Origin: Streptomyces sp. V2I9
GTDB taxonomy: Bacteria; Actinomycetota; Actinomycetes; Streptomycetales; Streptomycetaceae
Direction of reading: 5' to 3'
NCBI RefSeq assembly: GCF_030817475.1
Contig: NZ_JAUSZJ010000002.1
Location: 3,516,626-3,548,625, forward strand
DNA: 32,000 nt
In this document: piece after piece, positions 9,080 to 17,276 of the stretch
How positions within the stretch are numbered: position 1 is the first letter of the stretch
Layout of the letters: every line of letters starts with the position of its first letter
The notes under the pieces: model-generated
What the model was told of the DNA's origin: nothing
The model's input: the letters and a program-made list of their open reading frames with translations, nothing else
Database searches by the model: none
Made by a program: the position numbers and the translations under genes

Positions 9080-10005
9080 TCACCGGATCTGATCGGCGGG
9101 CGCCAGCGTGCCGCCTCGGCTGTCCGGAATGTTGCCGTTCACAATATCGTCATGGGTCACCGGCAGGCCGGGGTCGTCAGGCGATCCGCCGAATGCCTTG
9201 GCGCCGCTTTCCCCTCGGGTCCCCGAAGGACCGTAAGCGGTGATGACATCGCCCGCGCCGGCGCCCGGCCCCTTGGTGATCACGACGTCTTCTCCTTGCC
9301 GGAAGGTGAGGTTTCCTCGCTGTCCCTGGGAGTGGTAGACCGCGTCGGGGTTCTTGAGGATCTCCAGAACCCGGTCGTCGCTGAACTGGTGCCGTGTGTC
9401 GGCGTGGTAGTTGCCGGACTTCCTCATCTTCCCTTCCTGGGCCCGCTCGATCACCTGGTCGGCAACCTTCCGGGCCCTCTCCTTGGGACACTTGGGCATG
9501 AGGCCCAGCGGGTCGCACCAGGTGAAGGGGTTGTCGACGTAGGCGACCGGGTTCGGCCCTGGCGCCAGACCGAGTGGGTCGGGAGAGACGTAGCGGCCTG
9601 CTGCCGGATCGTAGTGGCGGAAGAGGTTGTAGTGGAGGCCGGTCTCCGGGTCGTAGTACTGGCCGGGAAAGCGCAGAGGGGTGTAGGCCGTACTCGTCCG
9701 TTCCCAGGCAGTGGTGCCCCAGATAGTGGTGCGGGTGCGCCAAGCTATATCGCCCGATTCGTCGACGAGTTCGGTGGGGGCACCGACGAGGTCGGTGGCG
9801 ATGGCGTAGAACCGCCGGTCGATCTCGTCCTGACGGGTGTCGGCGGTCAGGATGCGCTCGGTCTGGGCGAGAGGGACTCCGGCGCTGTGATCCCATGTGA
9901 TGACAACGGTGTTCGGCAGAGCGGACTCTCGCATGGTCTGTTCGCAGAGGGTGAGGCCGTCCCAGGCGAATCTGACCTCTTCGACGACGGTTCCACCGTC
10001 GGATG
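9080..10005 (-). pseudogene. Orphan RHS C-terminal cassette: last RHS repeats, core and an alternative toxin domain (DUF4258/BrnT-like?), lacking its own N-terminus and start
   Basis: EEVRFAWDGLTLCEQ...YTPLRFPGQYYDPETGLHYN...NPFTWCDPLGL is 106/160 identical (manual alignment) to the end of the main RHS protein. An unrelated 139-aa tail follows, with NYHADTRHQFSDDRVLEILKNPDAVY...GEDVVITKG...GDVITAYG. The only upstream start in frame is an arbitrary GTG at 10075 inside out-of-frame sseB-like sequence. Confidence 0.75.
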
Positions 10006-10485
10006 CCACCGAACTCAGCGGTCCACAACCCGCCACGGTCGTACGGCACGAGCACGAGAGTCCGCCGCAGCTCACCTACCAGGGCTTCCGGGTCACCGAC
10101 CCCGGCCCGCCGCTCGGCTATCCGATCCACCAGCGCTGACCCGTCACCCACTGGTGCCTCCCCCATACGCGAGTCGTCGCCCTTCACTTCCGCACACGCT
10201 AGGACACCACGCCCACCCGTAACCACGTGGTTCCAGCCGTCCCCACAGCCCCCACACCACGGACCGCCGCCGAATACGAAGAAGGCCCCGGTCGGAGACC
10301 GGGGCCTTCTGAAAGAGCGGGTGACGAGAATCGAAATCGCGCTCTGAGCTTGGGAATCAGCGGCTCTTACGCTGCTGGAGGGGCTCTGACCTGCGCTTTC
10401 GGATTGGTCAGGTGGATGGCTCCCGGTCTCTGGGAACCATATCTGACCGCTGTTGTCCGCTTCGCTGGGCACGGATGGGGCACGA
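10006..10485 (-). repeat. Module repeat copy B: 129-nt arm, tRNA-Gly 3' fragment, hairpin, promoter region and first ~50 codons of the sseB-like gene
   Basis: Arm 10357..10485 differs from 17354..17482 at 3 of 129 nt. tRNA fragment 10315..10356 matches 41/42. The sseB-like 5' part 10006..10151 differs at about 18 of 146 nt from copy A. Confidence 0.9.
10281..10309 (-). terminator. Hairpin downstream of the tRNA-Gly fragment (copy B)
   Basis: GAAGGCCCCGGTC-gga-GACCGGGGCCTTC, a 13-bp perfect stem. Confidence 0.55.
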
Positions 10486-10594
10486 CCCGGAGAGATCGGA
10501 CGCCACGTCCGGAGGTGCCCGGCTCTCGCCTGCGGGGAGCCGGCCCCGCCACCAGTCTCCACGGCGGCCGGTCCTCAGAGGTCTCTGACGCTGG

Positions 10595-11383
10595 TCATTC
10601 CGCTTTGCGCAGCAGCTCGATGACGGCGTTCTTCAATTCGTCGTCCGACAGGTCGTCCGGCTCCTTGAACTGCGGGTCGATGGAGTAGTCCTCCAGCAGC
10701 GAGAAGACACGATCGAGGAGCGTCTCCAAGGGATCGCGGACCCGCTCGCCCCGCTGCTGCGAACGACGACGTGCGTCGAGCCAACCGACGGCGAATTCCG
10801 CCCCCGTGCAGTGTCCGGCTGCTAGATCTCTCATCAGTGCCAGCTGCTGGCCCGTGGCGGTGGCCTCCGGAACGTCCCTCGGGTACTTCCAGGCGATGTG
10901 TCCGGGAGGAAACGACCGCGCGGTCGACTCCAGAGCGGGCCATTTCCGTGCTGCTGCCCGAGCGTAACGGGCGAAGCGAGCACGCGCCTGGTCCACTCCC
11001 TCTGGCGCTGCTCCCGCGAGGAACGCCGACGTGCCGGCGACCAAGGCGTAGCCCGGTCCGGGAAAGAGGACCGCGCCCTCCAGGTTCGCAGCGACGAGCA
11101 GAAGATCCGCAGGCAGCGAGACAAGGCCCGGATCGGCCGGCGGCAGGCTGTCCGCAGTGGCGATTGCCCCGACGGAGGGGTGAATCACCAGGACGGCGTC
11201 GGCGCCTGCAGTCCGGCATCCCTCGGTGATACGCCTGACCAGAGAGTCGTCCGTGTGACTGCCTGCCGGCACCGGGGCGACCTTCTTCTCTCCTGCCGCG
11301 AGCCATTGTCCGCTGAAGGCGCCCTGCCTGTCGAGAACAGCCATGGCGTTTCCAGCTCCGCCCTCGTTCGACCCTGTCACCAT
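10595..11383 (-). CDS. Immunity protein of the main RHS toxin: unknown N-terminal domain fused to a colicin-immunity-like C-terminal domain
   Basis: Its ATG overlaps the RHS stop (ATGGTGA at 11377..11383). The C-terminal ~85 aa (LALMRDLAAGHCTGAEFAVGWLDARRR...LLDRVFSLLEDYSIDPQFKEPDDLSDDELKNAVIELL) fits the pattern I recall for the bacterial self-protective colicin-like immunity family. Confidence 0.75.
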   Translation of the reverse strand: MVTGSNEGGAGNAMAVLDRQGAFSGQWLAAGEKKVAPVPAGSHTDDSLVRRITEGCRTAGADAVLVIHPSVGAIATADSLPPADPGLVSLPADLLLVAANLEGAVLFPGPGYALVAGTSAFLAGAAPEGVDQARARFARYARAAARKWPALESTARSFPPGHIAWKYPRDVPEATATGQQLALMRDLAAGHCTGAEFAVGWLDARRRSQQRGERVRDPLETLLDRVFSLLEDYSIDPQFKEPDDLSDDELKNAVIELLRKAE

Positions 11384-14300
11384 AGGAACCCTTTATCGAT
11401 GATGCTCTGAAATTGCTTGTCGCCCAGTTTATAGCCTGACCAGAATTTTCCGGTGTCCGCGTGTAGCATGACCATCTTCTGAGTGGTCGGGTCAATGAAG
11501 CCGATCGCTTGTCCTTGGCCTCTGTAGTCGAATCGATAAATCTTCGTGTCATCCGCTTTTATGTGAGCCCGCATGCTATCTTCGAACCTTTGGAGATTCG
11601 CCTTTTTGAGATTACCCGGCTCGTCCAGGAAATCTCCCGCGTGTGCGTGGAATTTCTTGCTCATCACACTCTGGCTGGAGAAGTCGGCTTTTTCTTCCCA
11701 CCCCCCTCGGGGGCAGGGGCCGAGCCCCAGCGGATCGGACCATGTGTGGGGGTTGTGGACGTAGGTACGGGGGTTGGGTGCAGGTGAGAGGCCGAGGGGA
11801 TCGGCTGTGAGGTAACGGGCGGTCTGCGGATCGTAGTGCCGGTGGTGGTTGTAGTGCAGGCCGCTCTCCGGGTCGTAGTACTGACCGGGAAAGCGGAGCG
11901 GCGTGTAGGTCGTGCTGTCTCTCGCCCATGTCGTACTGCCCCAGAGAGCCGCGCGGGACTGCCATCCCACGTTCCCGGTCTCATCGATGAGTTCGGTGGG
12001 GGTGCCGATCAGGTCGGTGGCGATCGCGAAGAATCGCTCGTCGATCACGTCCTGTCGCGTGTTCGAGGACAGGATGCGTTCGGTCTGGGCGATCGGGCGA
12101 ATACCGTCGTGATCCCAGGTGAGCGTGACTGGACGAGGAAGCTCCGAAGACAACGTGGTCTGCTCGCAGAGCGTGGTGCCATCCCAGGAGAAACGGACCT
12201 CCTCGCCCGTGGGGTCACCCATGTCGGAAAGCCGGACTTTGCTTGTGCGGCGGCCAAGGGGGTCATAGCGGTAGCGCCACGCGATGCCGTCCGGGGTGGT
12301 CACCGCCGTCAGGCGGTCCTCGACATCCCACGTGTACCGCCAGGTGTCGGGCTTGCGGGACAGCCGTGTCTTCCGGCGGACGGTGACCCGGCCCAGAGCA
12401 TCGTGCTCGAACCGGAGCGCGCCGGCGCGAATGATCTCCGTGCCGGTGTAGGAACGAGGTCCCGTAGCCTCCTGGCCGGGATGGGAGGCAGTCCAGGACG
12501 CCGAAGTCTGATTTCCGTCGGCGTCGTAGGAGTAGCTCTCGGCCCATCGGTCCGCTGTGACGGACACGACCCGGCCGACAGCGTCCAGGGTGAACCGCGA
12601 CATGCCGCGCAGTGTGTCGTCGACCGCTGTGAGCCGGTCGTCGGCGTCGTAGGTGTAGGACCGGCGGTTCACTGTGTCTTCGCCACTGAAGATGTGCTGT
12701 GTGACCAGCCTGCCAGCGCCGTCCCACGCCGAGTTGAAGGTCAGCTCGGGGCCGAAAGCGCGCGTCAGTTCGCGGCCCGCCAGGTCGTGGGTGAACGCGA
12801 TGGTCCGGTTGCCGCTGATCAGCTCGGTGAGCCGGTCGGAGGCGTCGTAGGCGTACCTGGTGCGCTGACCGGTGGGTGTCACGCGCTGGGTCCGGCGGCC
12901 CAGCGCATCGTAGGTATAGGTGGTGACTCGGCCGTCGGCTATCTCTACTTTCACACGGCCGATTCGGTTGTACTGATAGAGCAGTTCGCTTTCCGGCCCC
13001 ACAGCATGGAGCAGGCGCCCCGCTCGGTCGTAGGAGAAGGTCGTCACCGTGCCCGCCGCGTCTTTGCGGGTAACTCGGCCGCACGCGTCACGCTCGTACG
13101 TGATGGACTCACCCAGCGAGTTGGTGCGCGTGACTACCTGTCCGGCAGCGTCCGACTCGTAGCTGAGCGTGCGGCCGTCGAAGTCCGTCTCCGAAACGAG
13201 CCGTCCCGCAGGGTCGCGTGTGTACGACCACACCGAGCCCAGCGTGTTCCGGACCTGCGTGAGGTTGAGGTCGCCATCGTGCTGGAACTCGAAACTCGCT
13301 CCTCCGGGTGACCTGCTCGCCGAGAGAAGATCGAAGTGCGTGTACTCGAAGTGGGACTCCCGTCCGAGCGCGTCGACGTGACGCGTACAGTTCCCTTCGC
13401 CGTCGTAGGTCCAGGACTCCTTGGAACCGTCAGGGGTGGTACGACTGGCCAGCTCTCCGTCGGCTGACCATTCCAGGACCGTGGTCGCACCCAGGGCGTC
13501 GGTTATCCGGACAGGGCGACCAAGGAGGTCCCGCTGGTAACGGGTGGTGGCACCGACGGCGTCCGTGACCGCCACAGGCTGCCCTGACGCATCGCACCGT
13601 ATCGAGGTGACCGCCCCGAGCGGGTTGGTCGTCCCGGTCAGGAAACCGGCAGCGTCGTAGCTGTAGCGCGTTGTGTGCCCCATGGGATCGGTGACGGCGG
13701 TCCGGTTACCACGGTCGTCGAACTCCTGCAGCCAACGAGCACCATCTTGAGCCGTGTAGTGAGTTGGCAGGCCGAGCCGGTCGAAGACGATGCGCTCCTC
13801 ACTGCCATCGGGGTGGAGGACCGCGGTCTGTCTCCCCTCCTCGTCGTACTGGTGAGTTGTGGCGCGACCGAGTGGGTCGGTGAGCGTGAGCAGCCTTCCG
13901 CGGGTGTCGTGGGTGAAGCGAGTGGTATGGCCGAGCGGGTCCGTCGTGGAGAGGATGCGGCTGCCTCTACCGACGAGATAGCGGGTGGTGTGACCGCGCG
14001 CGGTCGTCAGAGAGGTCGTGCGGTGGCCGGTCCCCGTGTCCGGATCGCTGTAGGCGAGGGTCATCTGCAGGTGGCCGCCCTCACCTCCCTGCGCGATCAC
14101 GCGGTCGTTGTTGTCGTAGGTGTAGTCGTAGCGGTGGTTGTTGGAGTCGATCCAGGCGGTGATCCGCCCTCGATCGTCGTAGATGAAGGTGAGTGTGGCG
14201 CCGGACGGTTTCGTGACGGTGGTGAGATCGCCGCCCGTGTAGCCGTAGGACCTGATGGGGGTGGCCGCGCCTGTCTCGTCTCTCACACTCAGCACGGTGA

Positions 14301-16050
14301 TCCCCGTTTCGGTGCTGGTGAGCGAGAGGCGGTACCCGGCGGAGTGGGCGAGTTCCTGGGGTGTCCCGTCCTCGGTGCGGTCGATGCTGATGGCGTTGTC
14401 GTTGCGGTCGCTGATCTGGACGAGCCATGCGGTTCCGTCCTGGCCGGGTTCCGTTCCATGAGGAGCGGAGAAGTACTTGGTCAGTCGAGTGTCGGAGTCG
14501 GTGAGGGTGTAGTCGCCGGATTCATCACGGCTCAGGGAATTGCGTGAGGTGCCGGATTCCGGGTGGGTGGGCAACCCGGGCAAGGGGTGGGGGTAAGTGA
14601 TGAGCAGGCCGTCGGCGGTGACGTGGATGACGCCGTGGGCGTCGATCTCCAGGCGTTCGTCGACGGTGGAGGACCAGGAGGGTCCGAAGAACCGGCCGGC
14701 TGTGTACCCGGACTCGAAGCGACGCGTGAATGTCAGGGGCAGTACGCCGGGGAGCCTCACGTCGGTCTGAGGAAGGAACATGCGACCGGAGGCGAGGTCG
14801 ACCGGGTCGGTTCCCCCGCTGGTGCGCTCGCTGTCGGGGCGGTTGTGGGTTCCTTCGGGTGCGGCGCGCTCCAGCTTGCGGGCGTCGGAGGCGAGGTCGG
14901 CGGCCTCCTTCACCACTCGGGCTCCCTTGACGCCGGCCCCCGCGCCGCCGGTCGCGGCGGTGAGGGCGAGGTCCGGCAGGAGCCGGCCGAACCCCTCGGC
15001 GGGGTCCTTCATGAAGTCGGTGACCATCTGCTTGCCGGTGCCCCAGGGGTCGTTGGCGACCCGGACGAGGCCGGCGGCGGTGTTGTTGAGCGCGAGTCCG
15101 TACTCGGCGGGGTGGGTGATGTTGTACGGGTCGGTCGGGTTGACGCTCCGCGCGAAGTTCAGGATGCCTGCCGCGCCCTTGACGACGCCGCCCGCGATAT
15201 GAGTCTGGATCACCTGGTACTCGGCGAGCCCGTCCAAAGCCTGCTCGGCGTACCGGGGCTTCGGCGGCGCGGAGTCCCGGGCCGCGGTGACGGCCTTGCG
15301 TGCGATGTCGGCGGCGGTGTTGCGCTGCTTGCGCGCCTCCGCGAGCAGCGACTGCGCCTCCTCCATCCGCCCGATGCCCGGGTCCGTGAACGCGCCGGGC
15401 TTGGGCGGCAGCGAGGAGGGGTCACGGTCGTCGGCGGGCTTGGCGTTGTACGCGTCGACGGCCTTCTTGTACGTGTCCGCCTTGGCGTTGTACGCGTCCC
15501 TGGCCTCCTCCGACGCCTTGGTTCCCGCCTTCCACTTGTCGATCGCGGTCTGCGCCTGCCCCTGCGCCCACTCCACGGTCCCGGCGAAGGAGTCGAGCGC
15601 GCCGGCGGCCTTCTCGAAGGCGTCGGCTGCCTTGAACCACTTGGGCGGCTCGATGGACACGGAGTCCCGGAAGGCGTCGGCGGCCTGCCCCTTGAGCGCG
15701 GAGGAGTCGACCCCCTTGAGTCCACCGCCGACCTGGTCGAACGACCCCTGCAACTTACGGAGATGGGTCGCGGTGGACCGGATCGTGGACGGGCTGCCGT
15801 AGATGAGCTTGGTCTTGTCCTCGGTCTGCCCGAGGTCCATCTCGTCGACCTCGGCGCCCATCCGGTTCGCCACCGAGCGGGACTTCTCCCGGACCCAGTC
15901 CGCCCCGGACTCCCAGCCGACGTCCTCGAGCCGGTCGCCGGTCCAGTTCCCGGCGTCCTCGACCCGGTCACCCGCCCACTCGACACCGTCCTCGACCGCG
16001 TCCTCGACGACATCGGGCGTGATGTCACTGACGAAATCCCCGAACCCCAT
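11377..16050 (-). CDS. RHS-repeat polymorphic toxin with a T7SS-signal-type N-terminal domain and a colicin D-like C-terminal toxin domain
   Basis: 1557 aa. The N-terminal helical region reads IYGSPSTIRSTATHLRKL...GQAADAFRD...KWFKAADAFEKAAGALDSFAGTVEWAQGQA. The DUF6531-like segment is DPVDLASGRMFLPQTDVRLPGVLPL. Dozens of YD repeats follow (Y.YD..GR). The core ends YTPLRFPGQYYDPESGLHYNHHRHYDP...TWSDPLGL, followed by a 113-aa variable tip. Confidence 0.95.
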   Translation of the reverse strand: MGFGDFVSDITPDVVEDAVEDGVEWAGDRVEDAGNWTGDRLEDVGWESGADWVREKSRSVANRMGAEVDEMDLGQTEDKTKLIYGSPSTIRSTATHLRKLQGSFDQVGGGLKGVDSSALKGQAADAFRDSVSIEPPKWFKAADAFEKAAGALDSFAGTVEWAQGQAQTAIDKWKAGTKASEEARDAYNAKADTYKKAVDAYNAKPADDRDPSSLPPKPGAFTDPGIGRMEEAQSLLAEARKQRNTAADIARKAVTAARDSAPPKPRYAEQALDGLAEYQVIQTHIAGGVVKGAAGILNFARSVNPTDPYNITHPAEYGLALNNTAAGLVRVANDPWGTGKQMVTDFMKDPAEGFGRLLPDLALTAATGGAGAGVKGARVVKEAADLASDARKLERAAPEGTHNRPDSERTSGGTDPVDLASGRMFLPQTDVRLPGVLPLTFTRRFESGYTAGRFFGPSWSSTVDERLEIDAHGVIHVTADGLLITYPHPLPGLPTHPESGTSRNSLSRDESGDYTLTDSDTRLTKYFSAPHGTEPGQDGTAWLVQISDRNDNAISIDRTEDGTPQELAHSAGYRLSLTSTETGITVLSVRDETGAATPIRSYGYTGGDLTTVTKPSGATLTFIYDDRGRITAWIDSNNHRYDYTYDNNDRVIAQGGEGGHLQMTLAYSDPDTGTGHRTTSLTTARGHTTRYLVGRGSRILSTTDPLGHTTRFTHDTRGRLLTLTDPLGRATTHQYDEEGRQTAVLHPDGSEERIVFDRLGLPTHYTAQDGARWLQEFDDRGNRTAVTDPMGHTTRYSYDAAGFLTGTTNPLGAVTSIRCDASGQPVAVTDAVGATTRYQRDLLGRPVRITDALGATTVLEWSADGELASRTTPDGSKESWTYDGEGNCTRHVDALGRESHFEYTHFDLLSASRSPGGASFEFQHDGDLNLTQVRNTLGSVWSYTRDPAGRLVSETDFDGRTLSYESDAAGQVVTRTNSLGESITYERDACGRVTRKDAAGTVTTFSYDRAGRLLHAVGPESELLYQYNRIGRVKVEIADGRVTTYTYDALGRRTQRVTPTGQRTRYAYDASDRLTELISGNRTIAFTHDLAGRELTRAFGPELTFNSAWDGAGRLVTQHIFSGEDTVNRRSYTYDADDRLTAVDDTLRGMSRFTLDAVGRVVSVTADRWAESYSYDADGNQTSASWTASHPGQEATGPRSYTGTEIIRAGALRFEHDALGRVTVRRKTRLSRKPDTWRYTWDVEDRLTAVTTPDGIAWRYRYDPLGRRTSKVRLSDMGDPTGEEVRFSWDGTTLCEQTTLSSELPRPVTLTWDHDGIRPIAQTERILSSNTRQDVIDERFFAIATDLIGTPTELIDETGNVGWQSRAALWGSTTWARDSTTYTPLRFPGQYYDPESGLHYNHHRHYDPQTARYLTADPLGLSPAPNPRTYVHNPHTWSDPLGLGPCPRGGWEEKADFSSQSVMSKKFHAHAGDFLDEPGNLKKANLQRFEDSMRAHIKADDTKIYRFDYRGQGQAIGFIDPTTQKMVMLHADTGKFWSGYKLGDKQFQSIIDKGFLW
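11380..11717 (-). other. Variable C-terminal toxin domain (CT1) of the RHS protein, a low-GC module
   Basis: Hand count gives 159 G+C in 320 nt over 11381..11700 (about 50%) versus 45/60 in 11701..11760. The peptide is SKKFHAHAGDFLDEPGN...YRFDYRGQGQAIGFIDPTTQKMVMLHADTGKFWSGYKL. Confidence 0.7.
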
Positions 16051-16053
16051 GGC

Positions 16054-16707
16054 CTAGTTCCCCCCGCCGCCCTGCTGCTCCTTCTGCCGCGCCCGCTCCT
16101 CGGGCGATGGCCCGAACATGTCGTCCACGGACCGGTCGAACGTCTGCTGATCCACACCGAACAGCTCTTTCAGCTGCTCCGCCTGTCGACCGCCGTTCCC
16201 CTCGGTGACGAGCGCCCGTCCGGTGTCCTTCCAGGTCTGCCCGGCCTCGTCCGCCGCCCGCTCGAACGACTCGCGGCTGTAGTCGGGGCTCAGATAGTCC
16301 GGGGTGAACACATCGCCCCACCCCTGCTTGACGATCTCGTCCTCGGAAGCATGCGGATTCCCCACGCCCGCGTTGACGACGATCTTCAACGTGCCCTGGA
16401 CGTACTGGTCCTCCTCCCACACGATCCCCGCCGCCAGCCCGAGCTTCGCCGCGATCGCGTTGGCGTCCTGGACGAGCGCGCGGACGCCCCACTCCCACCG
16501 CTCGCAGAAGTCCTCGAAGTCCACGGACAGCCCGTGATGTCCGGCCTCCATCCCGGTCATCGACAGCTCGGACAGCCCTTTGCCCAGCACGGCCCCCGTG
16601 CCGTCCCCGATCTCCTTCAACTCGGCCACGGCCCCGCGCAGCCCGCTGGTAATCTGCTGAACGCTGACCGGATCGACGTTGAGGTCCTCGGCCCCCGTAC
16701 CGCTCAC
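16054..16707 (-). CDS. 217-aa helical WXG100-like/T7SS-partner-like protein of unknown function
   Basis: GTG start overlaps the upstream stop (GTGA at 16704..16707), and its stop lies 3 nt before the RHS ATG. The helical N-terminal half has FEDFCERWEWGVRALVQDANAIAAKLG. The C-terminal half is charged and Gly-rich. Confidence 0.75.
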   Translation of the reverse strand: MSGTGAEDLNVDPVSVQQITSGLRGAVAELKEIGDGTGAVLGKGLSELSMTGMEAGHHGLSVDFEDFCERWEWGVRALVQDANAIAAKLGLAAGIVWEEDQYVQGTLKIVVNAGVGNPHASEDEIVKQGWGDVFTPDYLSPDYSRESFERAADEAGQTWKDTGRALVTEGNGGRQAEQLKELFGVDQQTFDRSVDDMFGPSPEERARQKEQQGGGGN

Positions 16708-17138
16708 AGGTCCCGCCCCTCGCTCGGTACGTCCGCATCGACGGCGACGGCATCCGGCACGATCCCCACCACTGGCGGGAACAGCATCGACCCGTCCGGA
16801 TCAGCCACATTCACCGCGACCCCGGCCGGCACCCCCATCGCCGGAATGACCTCGTCCAGCAACCGGGCCCCCCGGAACGCGGCGTACTCCCAGCTCCTGG
16901 AGCCGGCCCCGGCCATCCCTTCCAGCACGGCCCGCTCCTCGGCGAACCGGGCCAGAGCGGCCTCATCGGTGAACCCGCACACCCACCGCACCCCACCGAA
17001 CTCGGCGGTCCACAACCCACCCCGGTCGTACGGCACGAGCACCAACGACCGCCGCAGCTCACCCACCAGAGCCCCCGGATCACCGACCCCGGACCGCCGC
17101 TCGGCTATCCGATCCGCCAGAGCTACCCCGTCAGCCAT
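16704..17138 (-). CDS. SseB-family-like protein, first gene of the RHS toxin operon
   Basis: ORF 16704..17273 trimmed to ATG 17138. The pattern LRRSLVLVPYDRGGLWTAEFGGVRWVCGFTDEAALARFAE...GVAVNVADPDGSMLFPP fits the SseB N-terminal domain as I remember it. Confidence 0.75.
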   Translation of the reverse strand: MADGVALADRIAERRSGVGDPGALVGELRRSLVLVPYDRGGLWTAEFGGVRWVCGFTDEAALARFAEERAVLEGMAGAGSRSWEYAAFRGARLLDEVIPAMGVPAGVAVNVADPDGSMLFPPVVGIVPDAVAVDADVPSEGRDL

Positions 17139-17143
17139 CGAAT

Positions 17144-17158
17144 CCCCCCCCCCCCCCC
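17144..17158 (-). repeat. Homopolymer C15 (G15 on the coding strand) in the ribosome-binding region of the sseB-like gene
   Basis: Counted directly: 15 consecutive C at 17144..17158, ending 5 nt upstream of ATG 17138. Copy B has GGGGGAGG at the equivalent place. Confidence 0.95.
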
Positions 17159-17191
17159 GGATACGCGTGCTGTCGCCCTTCACTCCTGCAC

Positions 17192-17235
17192 ACGCTAGGG
17201 CACCACGCACGACGGCAACCACGCGGTTCCAGCCG
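17192..17235 (-). promoter_or_regulatory. Putative promoter of the RHS toxin operon
   Basis: Minus strand reads TTGCCG-N15-TAGCGT about 55 nt upstream of the ATG. TAGCGT is kept in copy B (10196..10201) and is degenerate in copy C. The spacing is sub-optimal and this is pattern-based only. Confidence 0.2.
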
Positions 17236-17276
17236 TCCCCACAGCCTCCACACCTCGGCCGGGCCCCGAACACAAT

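Noticed and set aside
9177-10562. 461-aa ORF beginning with the sseB-like N-terminus (MGEAPVGDGSALVDRIAERRAGVGDP...) and continuing across the orphan RHS tail.
   Set aside because: After about 55 codons it reads the RHS tail in the wrong frame, giving an Arg/Pro-rich string. I treat it as a deletion joint, not a genuine fusion protein. A programmed +1 frameshift is possible in principle, but I saw no slippery motif.
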